A DNA stretch of 64,000 bases from a virus (Duplodnaviria; Heunggongvirae; Uroviricota; Caudoviricetes). The stretch's first letter is position 1. Each line of letters starts with the position of its first letter. This document shows positions 36,208 through 45,725 of the stretch, piece after piece. A program made the position numbers and the translations under genes. Under the pieces are notes generated by a model. The model was not told the DNA's origin, made no database searches, and saw only the letters and a program-made list of their open reading frames with translations. The stretch lies in IMG/VR virus record IMGVR_UViG_3300042894_007411. One strand, 5' to 3'.

Positions 36208-36465
36208 TTAAATTGGATTTGTTAGTTGTCTTGTTACAATTCGGCTATCTTCATCAGGACGGGACTCGATTCCCAAAGAAACGGACTTCCCGTAACATTT
36301 GGCAACAACAATTGGGTCTCCGTATATGGGGTCAAAATCTGATCTAAAGGAGACGAACCCGGCACCATCACATTTTCGATTATATCCTACCATATCCTTG
36401 TGTTGAATTGCCGCAGAAAAAACTATTGCGCTTCCGTCCACAATTACGTATTTTGCTTCGTACAT
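36208..36465 (-). CDS. hypothetical protein
   Basis: 85-aa ORF. Confidence 0.4.
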   Translation of the reverse strand: MYEAKYVIVDGSAIVFSAAIQHKDMVGYNRKCDGAGFVSFRSDFDPIYGDPIVVAKCYGKSVSLGIESRPDEDSRIVTRQLTNPI

Positions 36466-36541
36466 AAATATTTAAATTTTATTAGAACAACAATAATTTC
36501 ATATTCTTATTGAACGCTAAATTAATAATTTATTTCCAATT

Positions 36542-36955
36542 TCATTCGAATTTTTCCCGAAAATTGTGAATTTTTTCAAAGTAAAATTGTACAGGTGTAC
36601 CAGTTTCAATAACCAATCCATAACGTTTGGCAAACTTGTATTGGGTGCTATATTCATTGAGAGAATTCACGAATTGCTTGATATTTGACCTGAACTCTTC
36701 CACAGTAAATGAGTTCTTTTGGATATTACAACTGGGGCAGGCTGGATTAAAATTTTCTAAAATTTCATTTTCTGGATTCCTACATGTTCCCTTGTTTACA
36801 AACTTACCTTTTTTTCTGTCCCATTTACTATCTCTGACAATTGGTTGAACATGGTCTGCATGCCAACTTTTTGTTAAATTACATCCACAATATGCACATT
36901 TCCCGCCATACTTCTCAAAAATTTTGATCCTATCAGATTTTTTCATCCATTTCAA
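36542..36955 (-). CDS. HNH endonuclease
   Basis: 'CAYCGC...HADHVQP...CPSCNIQKN'. Confidence 0.65.
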   Translation of the reverse strand: MKWMKKSDRIKIFEKYGGKCAYCGCNLTKSWHADHVQPIVRDSKWDRKKGKFVNKGTCRNPENEILENFNPACPSCNIQKNSFTVEEFRSNIKQFVNSLNEYSTQYKFAKRYGLVIETGTPVQFYFEKIHNFREKFE

Positions 36956-37307
36956 TCTGTCTGATTTTGTGAATGGCCTCCATAGGCATTGTCTTCACAC
37001 AATATTCAACGATATGTTTGAATTCTTCCATAGGAAAAACTAGAAGTTCTAAGGAGAAGACTTTTGAATCTCGATGTTCTTCTACCTGTAGGTGTTTACT
37101 AACCTTACCTACGATCTGTTCGGACAATCGTTGGGTTATTTCTTTGTATACAATTTTCTCAAAATCCACAGACGAATGTTCCAAGATATCTTTGGACAAA
37201 GTATGTTGACATTTGTGATGTGCATTTTCTAACATTAACGCTTGTTTGGCGGTTTGTAGAGATCTGACGAGTTCTCTAGAAACATGATCGAAATCTTGTG
37301 TGTTCAT
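36933..37307 (-). CDS. hypothetical protein
   Basis: 124-aa ORF. Confidence 0.4.
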   Translation of the reverse strand: MNTQDFDHVSRELVRSLQTAKQALMLENAHHKCQHTLSKDILEHSSVDFEKIVYKEITQRLSEQIVGKVSKHLQVEEHRDSKVFSLELLVFPMEEFKHIVEYCVKTMPMEAIHKIRQIEMDEKI

Positions 37308-37311
37308 TTTT

Positions 37312-38013
37312 TTAGGAATTTATTTGAACGTCAAATATGGTATTTTTGTGGTAATCTGATACATAACAACCCATAACGAGCAAAAATGTTTTTTCTCCGG
37401 GTATTCCAAAAAAACACCTCGAATCATTGGCGGAAAAGATTTCCAATTCAGATATTCCAACGAACAAAAGATTATCAATCAATTCCCTTGTAGTCTTCAT
37501 AGATAAGTAAACTCCATCCACATTAAAGTAATGATTTTCTGGTAAGTGGTAATGTCCAGTTTCCTCCGTGCCTGAGGGTATTTCACCTTCACCATCACAT
37601 TTTTCACAATCAGATTCCGAACCACAACAGTCACACTCAATAGTTCCAAATCCATCACACTCAGAGCATTCTATGTATTTTTCCGAAAATTCTGGAATTA
37701 ATTTGATTTTTTCAAAAACTTCTTCAAAATCCTTGATTTTAATTCTACCGATAGGTCGGGGAACACCCTCGTAAAATTCGGAGAATTTCTCAACAACTGG
37801 AAGTGCCTTGATCCCTTCTGTATCCGAATAAATGTATCTGTTTTCAAAATTTTTATAATCAGGATCGTAGGTCCAAATTAATTTGTAAGAATCCGTAGCA
37901 CAGACCCATCCATCGTCAAAACAGGTTGGTTTCAACATTTGTGTTCTAAGGATGCTATCCTTAGAACACCAGGATTCAATGAACGTTTGATATTTTGGAT
38001 GTTCTCTAAGCAT
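37312..38013 (-). CDS. protein with DnaJ-type CxxCxGxG zinc-finger cluster
   Basis: 'CSECDGFGTIECDCCGSESDCEKCDGEGE'. Confidence 0.5.
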   Translation of the reverse strand: MLREHPKYQTFIESWCSKDSILRTQMLKPTCFDDGWVCATDSYKLIWTYDPDYKNFENRYIYSDTEGIKALPVVEKFSEFYEGVPRPIGRIKIKDFEEVFEKIKLIPEFSEKYIECSECDGFGTIECDCCGSESDCEKCDGEGEIPSGTEETGHYHLPENHYFNVDGVYLSMKTTRELIDNLLFVGISELEIFSANDSRCFFGIPGEKTFLLVMGCYVSDYHKNTIFDVQINS

Positions 38014-38179
38014 TATTTTTTTTATTTAGAAAAGAAACTAAGAAAAAAATACCGAAGAAAATGGTAAAACCCCATCGGTGAGGTTCAATAGGACTATTGA
38101 ACTTAAACTGACTAGTTGCGTAGGCGCCTAGCATTAAACTACAAATAAAGAATAGGAACAAGAAGAAGTATTTTTTCAT
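38006..38179 (-). CDS. small signal-peptide/membrane protein (57 aa), not in ORF track
   Basis: Translation 'MKKYFFLFLFFICSLMLGAYATSQFKFNSPIEPHRWGFTIFFGIFFLVSFLNKKNNA'. Confidence 0.3.
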   Translation of the reverse strand: MKKYFFLFLFFICSLMLGAYATSQFKFNSPIEPHRWGFTIFFGIFFLVSFLNKKNNA

Positions 38180-38209
38180 TGGTTTTTTTTACAAATATAC
38201 AGATAAATC

Positions 38210-38665
38210 TCAAACAAAGTGTGGAATATTCACTCGAACACAAGATTGTGGTTGACCCTCGTTCATCCAAAAATTGTTAATGTAGCCCATAATGTTGGCG
38301 GATCCAATTGGGTTGGCCGAATGGGTGTAAACTAAGGGAAAAACGATACCAGATGATTTTTTTTCTGACCTACTTTCTTGAGTAATGTAATTGTCAAGAT
38401 AGTGATTGACCAACCACTTAGCACAATCCATTCCCGTCTTTTCAAGGATGTTATTGTAATCCAATTTGTAGTTTGGACTCACGTTATTGAAATATTCATT
38501 CATCGCTGTATCATCCAAATCGTGATCCAAAGAAATAAGTTCAATATTTTCCAAACCCGTATTCGTGACAGTTTCCACGAATTGTTCGTAGTTCCTAACA
38601 ACCACCCAATTTTCATCTTTGGGTGTCCTAACGTCATCTAAGTAAATTTGTTTTTTCATTTTCAA
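38210..38665 (-). CDS. hypothetical protein
   Basis: 151-aa ORF. Confidence 0.4.
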   Translation of the reverse strand: MKMKKQIYLDDVRTPKDENWVVVRNYEQFVETVTNTGLENIELISLDHDLDDTAMNEYFNNVSPNYKLDYNNILEKTGMDCAKWLVNHYLDNYITQESRSEKKSSGIVFPLVYTHSANPIGSANIMGYINNFWMNEGQPQSCVRVNIPHFV

Positions 38666-38671
38666 TTTTTT

Positions 38672-38914
38672 TTAAAGCCACTTCACGACGGATCCCCAAA
38701 CGGAATCTATAGAGTTAAAGAAAACTCGGTGATTTCCATTTCCTAGGGTTTGGGGTATGAACTCGAATTTAAAAAACCCCCTTATATAGAGGAATCCGAT
38801 TTGTTTGTGCATATAGAAACCTCCCTGAGTGAATTGTGGGGTTTCAATTTCAACATATGATCGACCTAGGATAAAATCGTACAATTTAGAAAAAAACAGC
38901 AAGAATAATTTCAT
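38672..38914 (-). CDS. hypothetical protein
   Basis: 80-aa ORF. Confidence 0.35.
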   Translation of the reverse strand: MKLFLLFFSKLYDFILGRSYVEIETPQFTQGGFYMHKQIGFLYIRGFFKFEFIPQTLGNGNHRVFFNSIDSVWGSVVKWL

Positions 38915-39159
38915 AGATTGATGTAAGTTGTTTTTTTGATGCTCTCTCCTATTTTTTCTTTTTGATTTTCTTTAAAAAGTTCAATTACATCTTCGGCTTG
39001 TTTTTGGGTGGGGTATATGTGTCTAGACTTATCACTTGTTGATGTTGTGTGAGAATCCGAAATTATATTTTCCCATGATTCCCATTCCCAAAATTTAACT
39101 TGTGGAGTATATCCCATCTCGCCAGAGTTTTTTTCCTCTACCATAATTCTGTATTTCAT
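38911..39159 (-). CDS. hypothetical protein
   Basis: 82-aa ORF. Confidence 0.35.
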   Translation of the reverse strand: MKYRIMVEEKNSGEMGYTPQVKFWEWESWENIISDSHTTSTSDKSRHIYPTQKQAEDVIELFKENQKEKIGESIKKTTYINL

Positions 39160-39791
39160 TGTTTAGTTTGTTTGATTAAAGTTCTATTCAATTTTCCATA
39201 GTTTGATTCACCGTCAAAAGCTCTACCAATACGGTACAAATGTTTAGGTGATAATCCAAAGTAACCATCACAATGATAAAATTTATCCATTTGTTCTGGA
39301 AGCATATCAGAGTCATCATCTAAAATTGCATAATCCTCAACTTCAGGATTTTTATCTAACCATTGCTGTATTTCTTCTCCCCTCATACCAAACCCCCTTC
39401 CAGTAATCCCAACAAAAGTTCCCTCATTAAATCCAAAATGTACCAAAGCATCTTCCCACCACTCTGGAATTAATTCTTTTTTCTTACCAAAATGATGTCT
39501 CCAAACAGATGAAACACAAATTTTAGTTCCAGTTTCATTACAAAAATTAGAAAGCCATTTCCATTTTTGTGGACAAGTTTCTCCAATCAACCTTTTAAGC
39601 TGAAATTCGTAGGTGTAGTAAATATCGGGTGTTTTGTGATTTGCATAACTCACAGGTTTTGATTTGATACCTAAAAACTTTCTGATTAAGTAGTAGTAAG
39701 TCCTGGGTTTCAACCACCTTTTTTTGTGTCGGTTCTCGTAAAAAACTTCAGAGTTCATAACCCCATCAATATCTAAAAATATAACTTTCAT
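39156..39791 (-). CDS. HAD-superfamily phosphatase
   Basis: Motif I 'FLDIDGVMN'. Confidence 0.55.
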   Translation of the reverse strand: MKVIFLDIDGVMNSEVFYENRHKKRWLKPRTYYYLIRKFLGIKSKPVSYANHKTPDIYYTYEFQLKRLIGETCPQKWKWLSNFCNETGTKICVSSVWRHHFGKKKELIPEWWEDALVHFGFNEGTFVGITGRGFGMRGEEIQQWLDKNPEVEDYAILDDDSDMLPEQMDKFYHCDGYFGLSPKHLYRIGRAFDGESNYGKLNRTLIKQTKQ

Positions 39792-40099
39792 ACTTTTACA
39801 AGTTTAAAATTTTCGCCATCGATTAGGATTTCTTTGTTTTCGCAAGACTTAGGTCGGTTGTCTATGATTAGACCACCTGAATCCTCAAAGTAGATTTTAT
39901 TACCTTGAGAATCGTATTCTCGTTTAGCCCAAACTCCATCTGAATCCTCAACGTAGATTAGATTGCCTTGAGAATCATATTCACACTTTTCCCAATATCC
40001 ATTTAAATGCTCATAATAGATTTCATTACCATTCTTGTCTCGGATTACCAAGAGACCATTGGTCTTGAAGTTCCATTTAATTTTTTGTGCGATTGTCAT
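39788..40099 (-). CDS. MORN-variant-like repeat protein, array B member
   Basis: Same family as array A. Confidence 0.6.
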   Translation of the reverse strand: MTIAQKIKWNFKTNGLLVIRDKNGNEIYYEHLNGYWEKCEYDSQGNLIYVEDSDGVWAKREYDSQGNKIYFEDSGGLIIDNRPKSCENKEILIDGENFKLVKV

Positions 40100-40548
40100 A
40101 CTTTCACGAGTTTAAATTTTTCACCACCAATTAGGATTTCTTTGTTTTCACAAGGCTTGGGTCGGTAGTCTATGATTTCACCATATGAATTCTCATAGTA
40201 GATTACATTACCATTCTTGTCTTTGATTTCCTTTAAGTTACCGTTGGCCTTGAAGTTCCATTTGACACTGGCCTTGAAGTTCCATTTGGCACAGGGTTTA
40301 GGTCGATCGTCTCTGATTTGGCCAACTGAATTTTCAAAGTAGATTACATTGCCTTGAGAATCCCATTCTCGTTTTGACCAATACCCATTTGAATCCTCCA
40401 AGTAGATTTGATTACCTTGAGAATCCCGTTCATACTTTTCCCAAAACCTATTTGAATCCTCAAAGTAGATTAGATTATCATTCTTGTCTTGGATGTTCAA
40501 GCATCCATTGGTCTCAAAATCCCATTTGATTTGTTGTGCTATTGTCAT
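40096..40548 (-). CDS. MORN-variant-like repeat protein, array B member (150 aa, internal KWNFKA duplication)
   Basis: Same family; 'AKWNFKASVKWNFKANG'. Confidence 0.6.
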   Translation of the reverse strand: MTIAQQIKWDFETNGCLNIQDKNDNLIYFEDSNRFWEKYERDSQGNQIYLEDSNGYWSKREWDSQGNVIYFENSVGQIRDDRPKPCAKWNFKASVKWNFKANGNLKEIKDKNGNVIYYENSYGEIIDYRPKPCENKEILIGGEKFKLVKV

Positions 40549-40859
40549 ACTTTCACGAGTTTAAATTTTTCACCATCGATTTCTACTACTTTGTTTTCAC
40601 AGGGTTTGGGTCGTTTGTCTTTGATTACACCTTTTGAATTCTCATAGTAGATTTCTTTACCTTGAGAATCCCATTCTTGTTTTTCCCAATATCCATCTGA
40701 ATTCTCATAGTAGATTAATTTTTCTTCAGAATTGTATTCATGCCTGTCCCAACCTCCCGTATTTTCAAAGTAGATTAGATTACCATTCTTGTCTCGGATT
40801 TCCAAGACACCGTTGGTCTTGAAATCCCATTTGATTTGTTGTGCTATTGTCTGTATCAT
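40545..40859 (-). CDS. MORN-variant-like repeat protein, array B member
   Basis: Same family. Confidence 0.6.
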   Translation of the reverse strand: MIQTIAQQIKWDFKTNGVLEIRDKNGNLIYFENTGGWDRHEYNSEEKLIYYENSDGYWEKQEWDSQGKEIYYENSKGVIKDKRPKPCENKVVEIDGEKFKLVKV

Positions 40860-41197
40860 ACTTTTACAAGTTTATATTTTCCACCAGGTGCAAACATAGA
40901 AAAAAGACCTAAGCCTTTAAATTCTACTACTTTACCTTCACAGGGCTTGGGTCGGCTGTCTATGATTTCACCATATGAATTCTCATAGTAGATTACTTTT
41001 CCTTCAGAATCCAGTTCCCACTTTCTCCAAGTCCCATGTGAATACTCCAAGTAGATCAATTTACCTTGAGAATCCCATTCATACTTTTCCCAAACTCCAT
41101 CTGAATTCTCCAGGTAGATTGGTTTACCATTCTTGTCTCGGATTACCAAGAGACCATTGGTCTTGAAATCCCATTTGATTTGCTGTGCTATCGTCAT
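40856..41197 (-). CDS. MORN-variant-like repeat protein, array B member (altered C-terminus)
   Basis: Same family; 'FKGLGLFSMFAPGGKYKLVKV' replaces the usual end. Confidence 0.55.
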   Translation of the reverse strand: MTIAQQIKWDFKTNGLLVIRDKNGKPIYLENSDGVWEKYEWDSQGKLIYLEYSHGTWRKWELDSEGKVIYYENSYGEIIDSRPKPCEGKVVEFKGLGLFSMFAPGGKYKLVKV

Positions 41198-41502
41198 ACT
41201 TTCACGAGTTTAAATTTTTCACCACCAAATTCTACTATCTTACCTTCACAAGACTTAGGTCGTTTGTCTTTAATTAGACCATCTGAATTCTCATAATAGA
41301 TTTCATTGCCTTCAGAATCGTATTCATGCTTTCTCCAATATCCCATTGAATTCTCACAGTAGATTTCTTTGCCTTTAGAATTCCGTTCCCACTTTGCCCA
41401 ATATCCATCTAAATCCTCAAAGTAGATTATTTTACCATTCTTGTCTAGGATATCCAAGTCACCATTAGTGAAGTCCCATTTGATTTGTTGTGCTATTGTC
41501 AT
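41194..41502 (-). CDS. MORN-variant-like repeat protein, array B member
   Basis: Same family. Confidence 0.6.
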   Translation of the reverse strand: MTIAQQIKWDFTNGDLDILDKNGKIIYFEDLDGYWAKWERNSKGKEIYCENSMGYWRKHEYDSEGNEIYYENSDGLIKDKRPKSCEGKIVEFGGEKFKLVKV

Positions 41503-41750
41503 ACTTTCACTAGTTTATATTTTTCACCTTCAAATTCTACTATCTTACCTTCACAGGGCTTGGGTCGTTTGTCTATGATTCTACCAAATGAATTCTCCCT
41601 GTAGATTAGATTGCCTTGAGAATCGTATTCGCTCTTTTCCCAAACCCTATTTGAATCCTCCCAGTAGATTAGTTTACCATTATTGTCTTTGATTCTCAAT
41701 TCATCATTGGTCCTGAAATCCCATTTGATTTGTTGTGCTACTGTTTTCAT
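41499..41750 (-). CDS. MORN-variant-like repeat protein, array B member (short)
   Basis: Same family. Confidence 0.6.
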   Translation of the reverse strand: MKTVAQQIKWDFRTNDELRIKDNNGKLIYWEDSNRVWEKSEYDSQGNLIYRENSFGRIIDKRPKPCEGKIVEFEGEKYKLVKV

Positions 41751-42058
41751 ACTTTTACAAGTTTAAATTTTTCACCACCGATTAGGATTTCTTTGTTTTC
41801 ACAAGATTTGGGTCGTTTGTCTGCGATTACACCATTTGAATCCTCACAGTAGATTACATTACCTTGAGAATCGAATTCATACTTTGCCCAAAGTCCTTTT
41901 GAATCCTCCATGTAGATTAGATTGTCTTGAGAATCGTATTCACGCTTTGCCCAAAATCCACTTGAAGTCTCAAAGTAGATTAGGGAATCATTCTTGTCTC
42001 GGATTTGCAAGACGCCATTGGTCTTGAAATCCCACTTGATTTGTTGTGCTATTGTCAT
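41747..42058 (-). CDS. MORN-variant-like repeat protein, array B member
   Basis: Same family. Confidence 0.6.
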   Translation of the reverse strand: MTIAQQIKWDFKTNGVLQIRDKNDSLIYFETSSGFWAKREYDSQDNLIYMEDSKGLWAKYEFDSQGNVIYCEDSNGVIADKRPKSCENKEILIGGEKFKLVKV

Positions 42059-42062
42059 ACTT

Positions 42063-42674
42063 TCATTTTTTATTTTGTAATTCTTCTAAATAATCCTGAA
42101 GATCTGATGAGGTCATATATGTTTTACTAAAATCAGGTTCAATTTTCTTAATTTGTTTAATTGTGTCTTCTTTTTTACCAAGTCTGTAATAATGAGCCTC
42201 AATAGCATCTGCTAAGTCTTGAATATATTTTGGTGCAGCAACCGAGATTCTTAAATCATACCAAGACCATTTTGTTTTATAGTCTGTGAATGTTATTCCT
42301 TTGGTTAGTTTTCTATGCAAATTATGTAGTGTTCTATTACGAACTCTTACAATTGATTTATCATTACCAAATACCTGAAGAAATCTAAGAAACCAACGAG
42401 GACACCACCAAGGTTTTGCTTCATAATCCATGGCCAAAACTAATGGGACCATAGCTTTATTATAGTATTTGTCATCAGGTACAGAACCTAAATAACCATA
42501 CTTTTGGGAAAAGTTTTTGGGAAAGAATATGAAACAAATATCACTCCACTTTAAATCACGAGTATAAATTATTCCTTTCTTTCTTCCTTTCCAAAATAGT
42601 AGAGATTGTCCAAAGTCTTTGACTTTATCAATAAGCGGACGATTGTCCTTAATGTAAAATTTACTTTTTTTCAT
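42063..42674 (-). CDS. hypothetical protein
   Basis: 203-aa ORF downstream of array B. Confidence 0.45.
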   Translation of the reverse strand: MKKSKFYIKDNRPLIDKVKDFGQSLLFWKGRKKGIIYTRDLKWSDICFIFFPKNFSQKYGYLGSVPDDKYYNKAMVPLVLAMDYEAKPWWCPRWFLRFLQVFGNDKSIVRVRNRTLHNLHRKLTKGITFTDYKTKWSWYDLRISVAAPKYIQDLADAIEAHYYRLGKKEDTIKQIKKIEPDFSKTYMTSSDLQDYLEELQNKK

Positions 42675-42685
42675 TTTTTGTAATT

Positions 42686-42802
42686 TTATGAAAGCATATC
42701 TTCAATTAACATGTACATTCCATAAAGGAAAAAAACCAAGATGGCAAATAAAATTAAATTAGAGATGAATGAGAAAATTGGGTTTATTTTTTGGGTTGAC
42801 AT
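42686..42802 (-). CDS. small single-TM protein (38 aa), not in ORF track; holin/antiholin/spanin candidate
   Basis: Translation 'MSTQKINPIFSFISNLILFAILVFFLYGMYMLIEDMLS'. Confidence 0.3.
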   Translation of the reverse strand: MSTQKINPIFSFISNLILFAILVFFLYGMYMLIEDMLS

Positions 42803-42808
42803 ATAAAA

Positions 42809-43135
42809 TTAATTTGAATCCGGGGAAGAATTAGAAATGGGTAAAGAATCAGGTTCACAGTGATTTCTGGTACAAATCTGTTGAATTTTTTCTATTACAA
42901 TAATTGTGTCTTTTGTAGGAAGTTCTTCTACAATTTCCACTGGGGAATCCATAACTTTTGGTGAGGAAATCTCCGTTTTCACTGATTTAATTTGTAAGTG
43001 GATTAACCTTTGAAGCGGTTCTAAAATTTGAAAAACCAATCCTAGAATTAAAACACAAGTGACTAAAGTCATAAGCAACCCGGCCCAAAAGGCAATTTGG
43101 AATCCATAATTTCTAGGCTTTTTGTTCGAGCTCAT
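42809..43135 (-). CDS. N-in single-TM membrane protein (lysis-cassette candidate)
   Basis: 'FQIAFWAGLLMTLVTCVLILGLVFQIL'. Confidence 0.45.
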   Translation of the reverse strand: MSSNKKPRNYGFQIAFWAGLLMTLVTCVLILGLVFQILEPLQRLIHLQIKSVKTEISSPKVMDSPVEIVEELPTKDTIIVIEKIQQICTRNHCEPDSLPISNSSPDSN

Positions 43136-43571
43136 CTAAAATTGTTTTGAGTGAGTGTTTTATGTTAGAGGTTATTTCCATTTCAAATCCAAGTCTCCGT
43201 TCTTCCATTTCAACATTGTAAAAGTCAATGAGTCTTTTCCAACTTCGATGACTGAGAGAAACTGAGTAAGAATGGACGTTGTTGATAATTTGAACGTGTT
43301 GGTTCTGCATGATGACATAGATCTCAAGTCTTTGATTTTTAATGTACCTCTTGTCTGTTAGAGGGGTCATTAAAATGACAGAGTCTTTCATTTTGACTAG
43401 TTTTTTGCACAAAACTACACAGTCTCCCTCATGGGGAAGAAGCTCTGACCTATTGGAATAATCTATGTCGAATTTTCGTACAATCCAAATGTAAATTTTT
43501 TGGATCTTTCTTCGCAAGGAGTGTGAATTGAAGGGTTTATTAGTTATCATTTGAATTGATTTACTACCCAA
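43113..43571 (-). CDS. hypothetical protein
   Basis: 152-aa ORF. Confidence 0.4.
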   Translation of the reverse strand: MGSKSIQMITNKPFNSHSLRRKIQKIYIWIVRKFDIDYSNRSELLPHEGDCVVLCKKLVKMKDSVILMTPLTDKRYIKNQRLEIYVIMQNQHVQIINNVHSYSVSLSHRSWKRLIDFYNVEMEERRLGFEMEITSNIKHSLKTILDELEQKA

Positions 43572-43626
43572 AATTACAAAAAGATTTCCACAAATAAAAA
43601 TAAAAAGGGTAAAATATTTTGTGCTT

Positions 43627-44511
43627 TTATGCCTTTTTTAAATTGTCCAGGTCAAGGTTTCGGGCAAAAGCAAGTGCTTTTTGTGTTCCCTCCCTGGGAA
43701 TACCCTTGTCAATATTTGTAGCTGGTCCAGCATTGGCATTAGATACCGCCTTTGTTGCATTTTCTAGGTTGCTAAAATCGTTGTGGTCTTTATTGCCGTA
43801 TTTGCGTTTAATTGTGGGATTATTGAGCATATCTCTAAAATAAAGGGCAACCACATCTGCTGCAACCTTAGAATCACGATCTAATATTTCTGGATCAGAA
43901 ACCAAATTTACATTAGATCCAATTGACTTTAAAAGGTCCGTATATCTTTGATAGTTGGATTTGAATGTTAGCCCATTGTATCCCCTACCTCTATACTTCC
44001 ATCCATCTCCTGGTGAAGTGTTCCCGTACCCTTGTGATGTACCACTTGGATCATCTTTTCCATAAACACGATCCCAAAATTTAGAATCATCTTTTTTTAG
44101 AGCATCTAATTCCGAATCTGAAAGTTCTTTGACCCTGGATCCAAAGATTTCTCTAATTCTAGAATTCGGAGTGGTTTTATAGGACATCTCCGCTCTCTTG
44201 TGATTGAAAGAGCTTTCTTTTGAAATTACACCAAGAACTCCCGCTTGAACATATGGATTTGTAATGCCTGCCTTTTTCAGAGAATCGATAATTTCCCCCA
44301 TCGCCTCCTTAACATTGACCGGGGAAGAATCCAATTTTATTTCTCCTGAAACGGGTGAAGTTGAATTTTTTCCATCCAAACCTTTTTCTATTTCTGATGC
44401 TAAACTGCTTACACTTTGTGTAGAATACACCCCCATCGCTTCTTTTCTTTGATTAACAAGCCATTTTTTGAAATCATCTACACCAGATGAATTTTCTTTA
44501 TCTTCGTTCAT
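43627..44511 (-). CDS. GH19/lysozyme-like peptidoglycan hydrolase (second lysin)
   Basis: 'GDGWKYRGRGYNGLTFKSNY' shared with endolysin 11625-12509. Confidence 0.65.
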   Translation of the reverse strand: MNEDKENSSGVDDFKKWLVNQRKEAMGVYSTQSVSSLASEIEKGLDGKNSTSPVSGEIKLDSSPVNVKEAMGEIIDSLKKAGITNPYVQAGVLGVISKESSFNHKRAEMSYKTTPNSRIREIFGSRVKELSDSELDALKKDDSKFWDRVYGKDDPSGTSQGYGNTSPGDGWKYRGRGYNGLTFKSNYQRYTDLLKSIGSNVNLVSDPEILDRDSKVAADVVALYFRDMLNNPTIKRKYGNKDHNDFSNLENATKAVSNANAGPATNIDKGIPREGTQKALAFARNLDLDNLKKA

Positions 44512-44535
44512 AATTTGGTTTTATTTATATATCCC

Positions 44536-45363
44536 TCACCAATTTGGAATAGATTGGTAATAAGAATCTGAATCTATAAATTGAAAGAGGTTTGAATTTT
44601 CGGCAACTCTAATTTCCATGTTTCTTACTTTTTGTTTGTGGTCAGAGAAAGACAAAAATTCTCGAGAAATCATGGGCCAAATGGTGTAATTCTGGATAGG
44701 AACTTTTTCTGACGTTATGAAGTGGTCAAAGTCTGGGAATTCTTTAGATTTTTGAATATTTTGTTCCACTTTTGAAATGATCGTGTTTCTATAAACCACA
44801 AAGTTAATTGTTGAGGCGTACCCTATCGGTTTGGAAAGATTCTCTGTTAGAATTTGCATTTCTCCAAAAAAATAATGGTTTCCAATTAGACAATCCCAAT
44901 CATAAGGCAAATCGTTGAATGCCAATTTCAACTTAGATAAGGCACCAGGTACCAAATAAGCGTCGTCCTCCATAACAACTATACATTCTTCTTCTGATAG
45001 TCCTTGTTTGAGACAAGAAAAATGTGATTCAAAAATTGCAGACTGTCTGTCTTCTTTCTCAATTGCAGAAAATCTTGAAACTTCAAAGTTATCGAATAAA
45101 TCGAAATTTCTGGATTTAAATTCATCCCATCGATCTGATCTTCTATCTAAATTTATAACATAAGCTTTGGAAGGGAATTTACATGGATTCAATTTCCGTA
45201 ATTCACCAGAATCTATGGATTTCTTAATTCTTGATAAATTTTCTTCCTTGTTACTTTTGGAGACAGCTCTAAAATAACCATGGCCCCCAGATGAACGTAA
45301 AGGATCATTCATCGTCCCAAAGATCAAAGTCTTCTTGTTCTTCGTAGGGATTTGTTTCTTCAA
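44536..45363 (-). CDS. GT25-family glycosyltransferase-like protein
   Basis: 'KAYVINLDRRSDRWDEF', 'IVVMEDDAYL', 'LPYDWDCLIGNHYF'. Confidence 0.6.
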   Translation of the reverse strand: MKKQIPTKNKKTLIFGTMNDPLRSSGGHGYFRAVSKSNKEENLSRIKKSIDSGELRKLNPCKFPSKAYVINLDRRSDRWDEFKSRNFDLFDNFEVSRFSAIEKEDRQSAIFESHFSCLKQGLSEEECIVVMEDDAYLVPGALSKLKLAFNDLPYDWDCLIGNHYFFGEMQILTENLSKPIGYASTINFVVYRNTIISKVEQNIQKSKEFPDFDHFITSEKVPIQNYTIWPMISREFLSFSDHKQKVRNMEIRVAENSNLFQFIDSDSYYQSIPNW

Positions 45364-45706
45364 AAATCAACTCCCATCCATCAGATTCTTTCTTCCAAAC
45401 TTTTGAAGAATAGGGGAGATCTACAGTCCAGGAATAATTTGATCCTTGATCAAATTCAACAAAGATTGATTCTAGAGATGCAATTAAATTCGAGAATTCT
45501 TCGTCCCCTAAAATTTCAACTCCATCCTCCTCCAAGAAAATCTCCCAAACCCCAATTTTTCCCACCTCGACACTTGATGAGATTTTTTCCAAAAGAACTT
45601 TATTGTAATTTAATTTTAGAATTTCGGATTGAATGAATTCTAATTTAGTTTTGTCTGCTTTTTCAGATGAGATCAAGTCGATCTGAAAAGATCCATAGTC
45701 GGACAT
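45305..45706 (-). CDS. hypothetical acidic protein
   Basis: 133-aa ORF. Confidence 0.4.
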   Translation of the reverse strand: MSDYGSFQIDLISSEKADKTKLEFIQSEILKLNYNKVLLEKISSSVEVGKIGVWEIFLEEDGVEILGDEEFSNLIASLESIFVEFDQGSNYSWTVDLPYSSKVWKKESDGWELIFEETNPYEEQEDFDLWDDE

Positions 45707-45725
45707 GTTTTTTATTTTTTTTATA

